Made by a program: the position numbers and the translations under genes. This document shows, in pieces, positions 24,300-37,325 of a DNA stretch of 64,000 nt (position 1 is its first letter; each line of letters starts with the position of its first letter). The stretch comes from Mobula hypostoma (lineage: Eukaryota), in assembly GCF_963921235.1 (NCBI RefSeq), contig NC_086123.1, positions 18,042,001-18,106,000 of the forward strand, in the 5' to 3' direction. The notes beneath the pieces were generated by a model. It saw nothing but the letters and a program-made list of their open reading frames with translations. It was not told where the DNA came from and made no database searches.

Positions 24300-26000
24300 C
24301 CTGAAATAGAAATAGTAGGGGACAGAGGGTCCAGTGAGATTGAGGAACTGAGCGAAATACATGTTAGTAGGGAAGTGGTGTTAGGTAAATTGAAGGGATT
24401 AAAGGCGGATAAATCCCCAGGGCCAGATGGTCTGCATCCCAGAGTGCTTAAGGAAGTAGCCCAAGAAATAGTGGATGCATTAGTGATAATTTTTCAAAAC
24501 TCTTTAGATTCTGGACTAGTTCCTGAGGATTGGAGGGTGGCTAATGTAACCCCACTTTTTAAAAAAGGAGGGAGAGAGAACCCAGGGAATTATAGACCGG
24601 TTAGCCTAACATCGGTGGTGGGGAAACTGCTGGAGTCAGTTATCAAAGATGTGATAACAGCACATTTGGAAAGCGGTGATATCATCGGACAAAGTCAGCA
24701 TGGATTTGTGAAAGGAAAATCATGTCTGACAAATCTCATAGAATTTTTTGAGGATGTAACTAGTAGAGTGGATAGGGGAGAACCAGTGGATGTGGTATAT
24801 TTGGATTTTCAAAAGGCTTTTGACGAGGTCCCACACAGGAGATTAGTGTGCAAACTTAAAGCACACGGTATTGGGGGTAAGGTATTGATGTGGATAGAGA
24901 GTTGGTTGGCAGACAGGAAGCAAAGAGTGGGAATAAACGGGACCTTTTCAGAATGGCAGGCAGTGACTAGTGGGGTACCGCAAGGCTCAGTGCTGGGACC
25001 CTAGTTGTTTACAATACATATTAATGACTTGGATGAGGGAATTAAATGCAGCATCTCCAAGTTTGCAGATGACACGAAGCTGGGCGGCAGTGTTAGCTGT
25101 GAGGGGGATGCTAAGAGGATGCAGGGTGACTTGGATAGGTTAGGTGAGTAGGCAAATTCATGGCAGATGCAATTTAATGTGGATAAATGTGAAGTTATCC
25201 ACTTCGGTGGCAAAAACAGGAAAACAGATTATTATCTGAATGGTGGCCGTTTAGGAAAAGGGGAGGTGCAACGAGACCTGGGTGTCATTATACACCAGTC
25301 ATTGAAAGTGGGCATGCAGGTACAGCAGGCAGTGAAAAAGGCGAATGGTATGCTGGCATTTATAGCAAGAGGATTCGAGTACAGGAGCAGGGAGGTACTA
25401 CTGCAGTTGTACAAGGCCTTGGTGAGACCACACCTGGAGTATTCTGTGCAATTTTGGTCCCCTAATCTGAGGAAAGACATCCTTGCCATAGAGGGAGTAC
25501 AAAGAAGGTTCACCAGATTGATTTCTGGGATGGCAGGACTTTCATATGATGAAAGACTGGATGAACTAGGCTTATACTCGTTGGAATTTAGAAGATTGAG
25601 AGGGGATCTGATTGAAACATATAAAATCCTAAAGGGATTGGACAGGCTAGATGCAGGAAGATTGTTCCCAATGTTGGGGAAGTCCAGAACGAGGGATCAC
25701 AGTTTGAGGATGAAGGGGAAGCCTTTTAGGACAGAGATTAGGAAAAACTTCTTCACACAGAGAGTGGTGAATCTGTGGAATTCTCTGCCACAGGAAACAG
25801 TTGAGGCCAGTTCATTGGCTATATTTAAGAGGGAGTTAGATATGGCCCTTGTGGCTAAAGGGATCGGGGGTATGGAGGGAAGGCTGGTACAGGGTTCTGA
25901 GTTGGATGATCAGCCATGATCATACTGAATGGTGGTACAGGCTCAAAGGGCCGAATGGCCTACTCCTGCACCTATTTTCTATGTTTCTATGTTTCTATGT
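24300..26000 (+). mobile_element. Young 5'-truncated CR1 LINE; RT in frame apart from point stops; (TTTCTATG)n tail
   Basis: KSPGPDGLHP, GNYRPVSLTS, QHGFVKGKSCLTN, YLDFQKAFD, GVPQGSVLGP, KFADDTK; ORFs 24270-25004 and 25167-25919 share a frame. Confidence 0.96.
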
Positions 26001-27449
26001 ACAAAATGAGCAATGTTGACCATAGAGGCTAGTTCAAAATGTGCTACAAAGCTGACATTTGCTTCTGCTCCCCATGTCTACACATTTCCTCAGTAAGCTC
26101 ACCCACATTCTCTTAGCATCACTGCTGTGGGTGTGTTTCAATGGAGGAGAGAAATAGTTTGAGAAGATCCTCCCTAAAATTTCCAATTTGTGCAGATCAA
26201 TGCTCTGATAGTAAATGTCACATCTACCAAATAGTGTTTGTGCATACGGTTGGGGATGCAAAGCATGATTTATCCACTGATGATGTTATTGTTTTAGTAC
26301 CATCTGAATTTCTACAGGGAGAAGGCTAAAGCAAATTGCATAAGTTAATTTTCTGCTTTTGACGTGGGAGGTGAAATTCTCCAGTTCGAGGTGCACCCTG
26401 TTTCCAGAGGCTTCTACTGATCCTGATAATGGCTGCAGCTCATAATCCTCAGTCTAATTTAGCCCAGTTGTATGCTGAGTGCATAATTTGAGTGTGCAAG
26501 TTGAGTATGAACTCCAGGCTCCTGAAGGAGTGTGCTGAGCAGTTGTGTGGAGTTCTCCAGCTCTTTTTCCGAGTCTCAGCCTGGAAAAAGTCACAGCTGT
26601 GTGGAAAATATTATGTGTGGTCCCAGTACCCAAGAAGGGCCAACCAAAATGTAACACCTGTGTAGCACCGGTCTTATCGTGTGTAACTAGTCACCGCACT
26701 CTTTGAGAAAATCAAATTACACTAGGTGCTAGTAGGCCATCAGAAGATTCTAGGTATCAGAAGGAGGAAGTGAATAGAAACCACACACTCTGGAGATAAG
26801 GTTGTTTGTAAGAAATAAAACTATATGTACAAAATATTTACATGAGCAAGAACAATTCAAAATTCCAACATTCTCTTTAGGTTCCAAGTCTTAAATATCA
26901 AACCACAACTAATTCCTTTTTAATTAGAATTGAGATTCCTTTTTTACTCTAATCTCTCTAACTAGTGTTATTCCCTATTTAAAGTTTACAGACTAAACTT
27001 TCCTTTTTACTTACCCCTAGTTAGTTAGAAAACCATTTATAATTCCTGTTCTCAAGTATTATAGTTACCTTCAGTTTCAGTTCCAGGCAGCATATCTACA
27101 AGTTTGAATTCAAATTCAAAACATATATATCGATACAGCTTAACTCCTTTCACGACAATTCTCCAACGTCACAACTCTTAAATAAAGTAAATCTCACTCA
27201 GTAACTAATCAAAGCTTTTGCAAAAATAATCAGTTCTTGCAGAAAATCAAATTCGGATTCTTCGAATGAGAATAATCTTATACATCTAACCGTATTAAAT
27301 CCTCTGCATCATTAAACATTTTGTTCCCGCGCTGGCTCGTCTTCTGGTTTCTTGCTTCGCCATCTTGTTTCTTGGTCCATTGGATTGAAATAGTTGATCA
27401 TCCACGGTAAGTCAGTTCACAAACTTGTACAAAAACTTGACCGAATCCC

Positions 27450-27860
27450 TTGGTATGGGCAATGGCGTCAACACAGGTGATGCCAACAGGCTCAATAAAC
27501 TGATTAGAAAGGCTGGCTCTGTTATAGGAGTCAAACTCGACACACTGGAGGCTGTGGTAGAACAAAGGACCCTATGGAAAATCCTGGTAATTCTGGACAA
27601 TGTTTCTCACCCTCTGCATACCACCTTGGGTGAACAGAGGAACACTTTCAGTAATAGTCTAAGACGGCCGTGCTGCTGCGAAGTGTGCTATATGGGGTCA
27701 CTCTTACCCTCAGCCATCAGGCTCTATGATGAGTCAACCTATAGCAGGGGAAGAGATGACCTCCTCCTGTTAGACTGTTTAAGGTAACTTATTTTGTATA
27801 TCGGTGCACATAATGCTACTGTGACACTGTAATTTCCTTTGGATCAGTAAAGTATCTATT
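27450..27860 (+). mobile_element. Rex1/Babar LINE 3' fragment
   Basis: DANRLNKLIRKAGSVIG...ILDNVSHPLH...PSAIRLY. Confidence 0.75.
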
Positions 27861-29520
27861 TAATTGGAAAAGTAGAGCTGTGGTAGGCTAATAAGGGCAT
27901 GGAGACTCAGTTGATGATTGTGTGACAGCAGTTGTTCTGCCATGCCTAACTTCACACGTGAATCACAGATAAAATCATATGGCTTACCTACTTTGAGTTG
28001 GAAGAAAGAGTAAAAAATTAAAATTACTCGGGTAGTTTTATTATTTGCATATTCATATTAAAATAATTACAGCTCATGTTCATGCAAAGTACAAATGAAT
28101 AGAGATATGTCTAAAATGATAGGGTCTATTACGAGACTTTTAGATAGGTACAGGGAGCTTAGGGCTATAGATAACCCTAGTAATTTCAAAGGTAGGGACA
28201 TGTCCGGCACAACTTTGAGGGCTGAAGGGCTTGTATTGTGCTGTAGGTTTTCTATGTTTCTATGTCTCTAAGACAGCCTTCATAAGGTTCTGATGTGTAA
28301 ATGACAGCCACTCATTATTGAGTACATTAAAACTATCAGACACAGAGCAGTTCACATATACGGCAAGTTAATAATTCCAAATATCTTATGCAAATTGTTC
28401 TAAAATTAAACATATGACAATAGTATTACTGGTATTCAGTTGTACTGACAGTTCCAGATGGAGGATTATCCAGCACGACAAACTTAGGCACGATGGGCTT
28501 GGTGTAGCTACTACACCAGTTAGAGATGTCTTTGACTAGTTTCAGCCATCAGTAAATAGAAGTGCCCAATTTCTGAATCCATGCAAACAATACATAGATC
28601 TCCCAGTAGGCTCTGCCACACGTTAGTCCAAAATATCTGAAAACACATCAGTCACAGAATACGATTTGGCCAACAGAATATGAGATTCCGCAGATGCTAC
28701 AGATCTTGAACTTCACTTGTCCTGATGATGGGTCTTGGCCCAAAATGTCGACTGTTTATTCCCCTCCATCGGTACTGCCTGACCTGCTGGGTTCCTCCAG
28801 AATTTTGTGTGTGTTGCATATGATTCGATAACTTGCCATAATCACTTCTAGAGGGGGAGAAAAGCTAGAGGCAGCGTTATGGAGAAGAGGCATGGCACAG
28901 GTTGGAAATTCGTTTTAAAGTACCGGCACAGGAGGAATACGTTAACTGGCATCTGTGCATTACATATTTCAATGAAACAGCAGCAGAAATGAACCAAATT
29001 CCTCAAAGTGTTAGATCAATAACAGGAATGCATACACTGATTACAATCTATTCGAAATGCTTTTATAGTTTGCAATGAACAATTGGTTATAAAACAAACT
29101 ACAACAAACTTGATTAATTAATGAACAAACGTTTTTTCATAGAGATGATTGAAAGTGTAATATTAGGCAGATTTCCCTTTTCAAATCTTTCTTTATCAAA
29201 AGTGTTTTTATCGAAACACTCATCCTATTTCTTTACAATGTCCACTTTGATCCTGACAAAGTTCCACAGAAATCCATCATGTGATCAATGAGCTTGTGTG
29301 TATGTTGGCATCATATTCTCTAGCAACACGTAAATGAGCTAAATGAGTGTAGCTGGTTGTGGGTAATCTTAGAAACTTCATCCTCGAAACCTGAGGGATC
29401 AGTCATCATAGCCCCAATGAAAGAGAGATAGGATAAATGCAAGTAATTTCATACAGCCCATAATCGCCGCATTTGTTCCTGAGGAAATATGAAAAAATTG
29501 CGCAGATAACTGGCTGAGCT

Positions 29521-30567
29521 TCATATATTCTCTGTTGACTCCATTTGAAAGTGAGCAAAGGTGTTGCAGACTGAAGACCTTTCAGGTTCAACAGCTTGTT
29601 GGATTTCTTGCTTTGGATGTAATGATTGCTTTGTTCCTGATCTGAAGAATCTGAGATTATGAGTAATAAGAGCTTTCTTCAAAGTTTCTTTAAATGTTGA
29701 ACTTGAGAAGAAGTAAATAACTGGGTCCAGCACGCTGTTCAAATAGGTTATGCACAATGTATTGTAGAATATCTGAACACAGACGTCAAATATCTCACAG
29801 TCTTCTAAATTGTTTGAAATTAAAACGGCTATTACAGCGATATTGCTGGGTAGGAAGCAGATGAGAAACACTACCACCACAGCTATCACAAGCCTCATAG
29901 CTCGTTGATATTTAACCCTCATTTCAGATTTCATCTGCTTTAGCCTCCAGATAATACAGCACGTGGAGAACAGGATCACTGAAGCCGGTAAAATAAACTT
30001 GAAAACAATAAATATAATATTAGTCCAAATTGCTGTGGGGCTTAGAGGCTGAGTTACGTTAAATGGCTCACAGTAAGTTACATTATGATCTGTGAAGGTA
30101 TGAGGTTCTATCAGAAAATGCAAACAAATCAACATTGTTAGAAACCAGAGAACGAGTGATACCTTCACTGCAGTCCTGGTAGAGATCTTGCTCACGTTAT
30201 GGTGAGGATGGATCACTTTGAAATAGCGATCAAGTGCCATAACTATAAGGAAAACAACGCTCTCTGTCCGGTTCAGAAATATCAGGAATACCTTCAGACG
30301 GCATGCAACATCACCAAATATCCAGTTCTTCCCACGTACATAGTAATCGGCTCGAAATGGCAGACAGCAGATTAGCAGAGTGTCGGCAATCGCCAGGCAC
30401 AGTGAATAGACGGTGTTCGGTCTCCAGGATTTAACATGAAAACAGAAGATCCACAAGGCAATCATATTTCCAATTAATCCAAAGATAAATGTTAAAATAA
30501 GTATCGGTGGATTGTAGGCTGAATAAATGTCATTCACTAAAGGGCATACATGAGTCTCGTTACCCAT
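29521..30567 (-). CDS. Hydroxycarboxylic acid receptor (HCAR1/HCAR2)/OXER1-like class A GPCR, copy 1, 348 aa, single coding exon
   Basis: Seven hydrophobic segments; GN, LAIAD, CLPFRADYY, NRTES (Arg3.36), DRY, CFLP, NSVLDPVIY; WIFCFHVKSW and HPHH are typical of HCARs. First ATG (CCACGATGG) is at 30567; the ORF-track start at 30645 is TTG. Confidence 0.93.
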   Translation of the reverse strand: MGNETHVCPLVNDIYSAYNPPILILTFIFGLIGNMIALWIFCFHVKSWRPNTVYSLCLAIADTLLICCLPFRADYYVRGKNWIFGDVACRLKVFLIFLNRTESVVFLIVMALDRYFKVIHPHHNVSKISTRTAVKVSLVLWFLTMLICLHFLIEPHTFTDHNVTYCEPFNVTQPLSPTAIWTNIIFIVFKFILPASVILFSTCCIIWRLKQMKSEMRVKYQRAMRLVIAVVVVFLICFLPSNIAVIAVLISNNLEDCEIFDVCVQIFYNTLCITYLNSVLDPVIYFFSSSTFKETLKKALITHNLRFFRSGTKQSLHPKQEIQQAVEPERSSVCNTFAHFQMESTENI

Positions 30568-30917
30568 CGTGGAGAGAGTTGGAAATGTTGCAAGAGGAGT
30601 GGGAGAAAGCAAAAGGACACAGTCTATTAAAGAGTATTTCCACAACGTGTCATAGTTTATGGGTGTAGCTAAAACAAACCCAGAATATTCAGGAAGGTTT
30701 TATCTGTAGTTAGTGGTTATTTGTTCACGTGGTTGCTGATTGCGAACCGGAACCAACAGCTCCTTACTAAACTGATCCATTTGCAAAATGAATTCCTACA
30801 AATTCTGCACATTGTACAGAATTTCAGAGTTATCATAATGGAAGTGAGGCAAGTTGAGTGTTGCAGCAGCAGCCTAGAAGGTAAACTGCTCAGATGGTTT
30901 TTAGAACTTTACAAATA

Positions 30918-31790
30918 GAGTGGCATTGAAAAGTTTGGGCACTCCTGGTCAAAATTTCTGTTACTGTGAATAGCTAAGCGAGTAAAAGATGAACTGATTT
31001 CCAAAAGGCATAAAGTTAAAGATGACACATTTCTTTAATGTTTTAAGCAAGAAAACTTTTTTATTCCTATCTTTTACAGTTTCAAAATAACAAAAAAGGA
31101 AAAGGGCCGGAAGCAAACGTTTGGGCATCCTGCACGGTCCGTACTTATTAACACCCCCTTTGGCAGGTATAACAGATTGTAAACCCGTTCTGTAGCCAGC
31201 TAAGAGTCTTTCAATTCTTGTTTGGGGGATTTTCGCCCATTATTCCTTGCAAAAGGCTTCTAGTTCTGTGAAATTCTTGCACCGTCTTGCATGCACTTCT
31301 CTTCTGAGGTCTATCCACAGATTCTCAATGATGTTTAGGGTGGGGGACTGTGAGGGCCATGGCAAAACCTTCAGCTTGTCCCTCTTGAGGTCGTCCATTG
31401 TGGATTTTGAGGTGTGTTTAGGTTCATTATCCTGTTGAGAAGCCATCCTCTTTTCATCTTCAGCTTTTTTACAGACGGTGTGATGTCTGCTTCCAGAATT
31501 TGCTGGTATTTAATTGAATTCATTCTTCCATCTCGCACTACATGTTCCCCATGCCACTAGCTGCAACACAAGCCCAAAGCATGATTGATTTCCCCCCCCG
31601 CCGTGCTTAACAGTTGGAGAGGTGTTCTTTTCATGAAATTCTGCACCCTTTTTTCTCCAAACATACCTTTGCTCATTGTGGCCAAAAAGTTCTATCTTAA
31701 CTTCATCAGTCCACAGGACTTGTTTCCAAAATGCATCAGGTTTGTTTAGATGTTCCTTTGAACTTTTTGAATAGAACTTTTTGGCCGCAT
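30918..31790 (-). mobile_element. Left arm and junction of the fold-back Tc1 derivative; right arm missing
   Basis: Same TA site and same GAGTGGCAT start as 40652; QQDNEPKHTS and SPTLNIIENLW motifs; junction TTTGAATAGAACTTTTTGGCCGCA. Confidence 0.88.
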
Positions 31791-32540
31791 TTCCTGCCTA
31801 ATATAAATTTCCTTCAGTTCATTCATTACCCTAGGTCCTTTGGCCATTATTATATCTGGGAGATCGTGTCTTCCCTAGTGAAGACAGATCCAAAGTTCCT
31901 GTTCAACTCGTCTGCCATTTCCTTGTTCCCCATAATAAATTCACCCGTTTCTGTCTTCAAGGGCCCAATTTTGGTCTTAACTATTTTTTTTCCTTTTCAC
32001 ATACCTAAAGAAGCTTTTACTATCCTCCTTTATATTCTTGGCTAGTTAACCTTCGTACCTCATTTTTTCTCCGCGTATTGCCTTTTTAGTTACCTTCTGT
32101 TGCTCTTTAAAAGTTTCTCAATCCTCTGGCTTCCCACTCGTCTTTGCTATGTTATACTTCTTCTCTTTTATTTTTGTACTGTCCATTACTTCCCTCGTCA
32201 GTCATGACCTCCCCTTACTCCCCTTAGGATCCTTCTTCCTCTTTGGAATGAACTGATCCTGTACCTTCCGCATTATTCCCAGAAACACTTGCCATTGCTG
32301 TTCAACTGTCATCCCTGCTAGGGTATTGTTCCATTGAACTTTGGCCAGCTCCTCCCTCATAGCTCCATAGTTCCCTTTGTTCAACTGTAATACTGACACT
32401 TCCGAGTTTCCCTTCTCCCTCTCAAATTGTAGATTAAAACATCATATTATGGTCACTACCTCCGAGTGACTCCTTTACCTCGAGGTCCCTGATAAAATCC
32501 GGTTCATTGCACAACACTAAATCTAGAATTGCAATCTCTC
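31790..32540 (-). mobile_element. CR1 internal fragment (post-endonuclease region)
   Basis: NKGNYGAMREELAKVQW...QDQFIPKRKK resembles 63185-63700. Confidence 0.85.
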
Positions 32541-33429
32541 TGTTAGGGACCCCCACCACCCAGGACATGCTCTTTTCTCACCGCTGCCATCAGAAAGAAG
32601 GTACAGAAGCCTCAGGACTCACCCCAGCAGGTTAACAAATAATTATTACCCCTCAACCATCAGGCTCTTGAACCAAATGGAATAACTTCACACAATTTCA
32701 CCAGACCCAACGTTGAAATATTCCCACAACCTATGGACTCACTTTCATGGACTCTTCATCTCATGTTCTTCCTAGTTGCTGCTTACTTGTTTATTATTAT
32801 TTCTTTTGTTTGTTGTCTTTTGCACACTGGTTGAAATGGTTGAAGTTGGTTCGGTCTCTCATTGATTCTATTATGGTTATTATTCTATTCTGGATTTAGT
32901 GAGTACGCCTGCAAGAAAATGAATCTCAGGATTGTATATGGTGACGTGTATGTACTTTGATAATAAATCTGCTTTGAACTTTGAACTTTTGAACTCTGCC
33001 TGTGCGACTTTCTCCATGGTGATGATGATCATCATTGTCAGATCGCTGGAGGGTAACCATGTAACCCCTGTCAGGAAGTACTGCAGCTGCTGAAGAATTG
33101 GAGGATGCCCACTGTAACGTTTTAACCCATTCCAGTTTTGGAACTATAGAAACTCAGCTGAGTGAGAGATTTACTTTTAGTGGTTGCTGCCTTCAGTGCA
33201 ATAAATGATACCTACATTGAACTCGAGATTCCTACAATTCACAAATACAAATATCTGTGCAGGCAGGAATTCAACTCTCTTACCCTGTGACAGCAATCTA
33301 ATCATCCTCCATATCATGCCCAGAGTCCAGGACATTGTTATAATGGTTTCATTCTCTGCCCCTGAATATTCTCTAATACCTTTTTAATTTTATTCTGTTT
33401 AGTGATACAGTATGGTAACAGGCCCTTCC

Positions 33430-34225
33430 TGTTAGGAAGCGGACCCAAGTGCAGGACACAGGCACGGAGACTAGACACAGAGGCGGACTTGGACTTGACT
33501 TGAACTCAGAGCCAGGACTTAGACTAGACTTGGACACAGAGCCTGGACTTGGACTTGACTGGAACACAGAGCCTGGACTTGGACTGGGACACGAAGAGAC
33601 AGAATTCCCAACTCAGAGTAGCGGCAAACGGCTGAACCTACTCAGCTGGAAACGAGACGACTAAACCAAACAATAACAGACAATACGTATCTTGACAAGG
33701 AGAATCTCATGAAGCACCAAACGGCCAGCAATCACTTGACTGGGACTCGGCCCCTTGACTTGGACTAGGACTTGGAGCCTTCAAAACAAAATGACAGACC
33801 GTTGCATCCCGGCTCGGAGCAGTGGCAAAACAACAGGCAACACTCAGCTGGACATGAGACGACAAAAAGCAATGACAGAGCACTCTCATCCCGGCTCAGA
33901 GCAGCAGTAGAACGGCTGGCAACACTCAGCTGGACACAAGACGACAAAAACAAACAACAACAGACACTATGTATCTTGACACGGAGAAGCTCATGAAGAC
34001 GGTCTGTTATTCTTGGTGGCTCGGAAGATGGTCCCTTACTCTTGGCAGCTCGGAAAGTTCATCGCCGCCCTGGCTACAGTGATGGACCCGCCCCAAGTAG
34101 CTGTAAGCCAGGGTTTTTATCCTACCGGTTCGGATGAAGATCAAGTGCCCTAATCAAGGAGCCCGGTGGAACACGGGGAAAAGGAAATTAAGTGAGATGA
34201 GTTGTTAACAGACCAGACCATGACA
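33430..34225. mobile_element. Solo LTR with internal ~30-bp tandem repeats, inserted in a V-SINE (copy 1)
   Basis: TGTTAG...ATGACA ends, 5-bp TSD CTTCC; repeats of CAGAGCCTGGACTTGGACTTGACTGGAACA at ~33475-33590. Confidence 0.82.
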
Positions 34226-35609
34226 CTTCCAGCCCGACCAGCTGGCACCACCCAATTACAGCAATGTAACCAATTAATTTACTAATCCGTAACTCTTTTG
34301 GAATATGGAAGGGAAACAGAGCATATTGGGTAATCTGGTTTAAGGACGTTGCACTTTCGTAGAATCAGGCACCACGAGAAGGCCAGTCAACCCATCATGC
34401 AAATGCTAGCACTTTTAACAGATTTCCAGTAACTACCACTCCTTTTTACCAGAATCATGTCAGGTTACTCCTTTTTAAGTATATCTCCAGGATTCTTCTG
34501 AAAATGATCATTGGAGACAGCACAATATATTCTGTGAATACAGTGCTTTTGGATATTTTGAATCTCCAATACGCACATTTCTCAATCTGGTAAAATTTTA
34601 CTTTTTTACACACAGTTCATCTCCATGGTATGCAGGGCTCCATTCCTGTCAACTGTACATAACCCAGGCAGTTCACAAGCTGACAATGCAGTTGCAGAAT
34701 GGGTTCCAGAAGATTCCAGCAGCCAGAAGATCCATCCTACCAGTCTCACAAACACTCAACCTAATTTATGGACTGGCAATAAATTGTGTTTCATAGATGG
34801 GTTTCTTTCAATTCCGCTCAACTTTGTTTCAAACCTGTAATCATTTCTTTAAACATTGTGAAGAGTAGAAACATCTCAATGTTCTAGTTCACCACCCCAC
34901 CCAACCCCACTCCACATTCCAAATTCAGAGGTTAGGGTTAATGATTTCAACATGTTATGTTGGCAGCAGAGGCATGGAGGAACTAGTGGACTGTCCCCAG
35001 CACCTCACAAACGATGACGCAGACAATGAGTTTCACTGAATGTTTCAATGTACTGATGTACATGTAACAAATAAAACGATCTTTATCTTTATTTTTGTAC
35101 TTGCTACAGAGAGATTACAAACTGCTTGGTAAGCTTAGAGACATTGGCAAACTTCTCGATCTAGATCCACTACTGTGCAACTGGGTGTTGGGTTTCTTAA
35201 CTAACAGACCTCAGGTACTCAGGAAGCACATCCCCGTTCATCACCTCCTTCCTCATTAACCTCAGGACCAGTGTACCCACCCCGAGGTGTGTGTTAATCC
35301 CACTGCTGACACTCTGCTCAAACATGACTTCAAGGCTCAACATCCGGGTGTTCACATTGTCAAGTTCACTGCTGACATGACAGTGGTGGGTTTCATAAAC
35401 CAATGATGATGAAATGGCCTACAGAGAGCAGGTGGAAGAGCTTGTGGACTGGTGCCAAGGAAGTAACCTCTCCCTCAATATCTACAATACAAAGGAGTTG
35501 ATTATTGACTTCAGGAGAACTCGCACTATGCACACACGTCTGTGGCACAGCAGTGAAACTGCGAGCAGCTTCAAACTCCTGGGAGTGCCCATCTTGCACA
35601 AACTCTCAT

Positions 35610-37325
35610 GCTGTAAAATTGAACATATGACAATAGTATTATTGGTATTCAGTTGTGCGGACAGTTCCAGACAGAGGATTATCCAGCACTGCAAACTTTG
35701 ACACAGTGGCCTTGGGATATCTACCACACCATTCAGCTGACTTTGACTAGTTTCAGCCATTAGTAAATAGAAATGCCCAATTTCTGAATCCATTCAAGTA
35801 ATACATAGATTTCACAGTAGGCTCTGCTATACATTAAACCAAAATATCTGAAAACACACCGGTCACAGGATATAATTTGGTCAACAGAATATGAGATTCT
35901 GCAGATGCTACAAATCTTCAGCTTCACTTGTCCTGATGATGGGTCTTGGCCCAAAATGTCACCTGTTTGCTTCCAGAATTTGCTGGTATTTAATTGAATT
36001 CATTCTTCCCTCTGCCAGTGAAATGTTCCCCGTCCCACTGGCTGCAACACAAGCCCAAAGCATGATCAATCCACCGCCTGTGCTTAACAGTTGGAGAAGG
36101 GTAGTTTTCGTGAAATTCTGCACCCTTTTTTCTCCAGACATACCTTTGCTCATTGCAGCCAAAAAGTTCTATTTTAACTTCATCAGTCCACAGGACTTGT
36201 TTCCAAAATGCATCGGGCTTGTTTCGATGTTCCTTTGAACCTTTTGAATAGAACTCATGTAGAACATTATGTAGCCCAATGTGCCTGTTCTGCTTTCAGT
36301 GAAATCATTATGGACTGTTTCTTCAGTGCTCCGTTCCTAGGAATGGAGTTAGGCCTGCTTCAGTATGTCTTAAGGTCACGACTGATTGGTTTGTAAACTT
36401 TCTTCCGGTATTCCTGTCTAACTGCAGCAGCATTTCAAACACATTTTATACTTCTCTGCATTAAAGTTACCCAAAAGCTCAGCTTTCAACAGATTTTGAG
36501 GAAGAGAGTTCAAAGATTCATGGGCTTGAAAATGGTTGCACCATTTTGTCTTAAGTAGAGAAAATCTTAATTTTAAAAAGTTATCTCTAGTTCTGGATTC
36601 TCATAATGAAGAGATGTCCCTTCCACAGTCATCCTGTCAAGACCACGTGAGCTCTTATGTTTTTAATCAATTCACCTTATCCTTTTCTAAACTCCAGCAG
36701 ATACATTCCGGGTCTTCCAAACTCTCCTTATAAGATAATCATCACATTTCAAGTCTAATATACTTTCTCGGAAACACTTCCAAAACCTTCAAATAAGAAG
36801 ATCCACATTATACTCCACCCTCCCGATATGATCTCCACAGCTGCCCATATCAATGAAGTATGATCTCCCAATATTTGTGTTCAGTTTCCTTGGCAAAAAG
36901 AGAGTGACATTGTGACATTCCCCTGATTACTTCTTGTACATTCATTTAAGCCTTTAGCAAATCTGCAAAATCCGCCAACACCTTTAATGTGCTCACTCAT
37001 TCCTTGGTCCACAGAGAGAGGATCATTTGAAGGCAAGACTTCATTATTATTTCCATGCTCAAGTTTACCATGATTCCCACCTGCCTGTTTGTCTTGGAGA
37101 CATGGACAACCTACAGGAGGCACTTCAAAGTACTGAAGAAGTAGCATCAATGTGGTTTCCATAAAAATCCTCTGAATCCTGCACAGAATACTATAGGTAA
37201 ACCGATGTGTTCTCCTCACCTGGACAACTTCACCAGCAATGAAGTTCTCATCACATTTAGACTTCACCGGTGAGTTAGCCATATCTGTTCCATGCCAGTC
37301 TCCCAAAATAGGCAACATTATTCTG
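35610..37325. other. Gene-less duplication unit 1: GPCR downstream flank fused to Tc1 interior, followed by the upstream module
   Basis: 35610-35963 matches 38137-38487; 35964-36255 matches 41219-41508; 36268-37325 matches 42384-43440. Confidence 0.85.

Noticed and set aside
30568-30645. 26-aa N-terminal extension of the GPCR ORFs (also 40311-40388 and 51232-51276)
   Set aside because: The ORF track starts at non-ATG codons. The first ATG has a good Kozak context and gives a normal HCAR-like N-terminus with an N-glycosylation site.
33475-33590. 30-bp repeats as a CRISPR-like array or repeat protein (EPGLGLD)
   Set aside because: Head-to-tail tandem repeats with no unique spacers, inside an LTR in a vertebrate genome.
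36881-37318. Repeated 145-aa ORF (also 42997-43434 and 48373-48810) as a novel gene family
   Set aside because: It lies antisense to decayed LINE sequence, recurs only because of recent duplication, and is broken in the copy at ~52800-53275.
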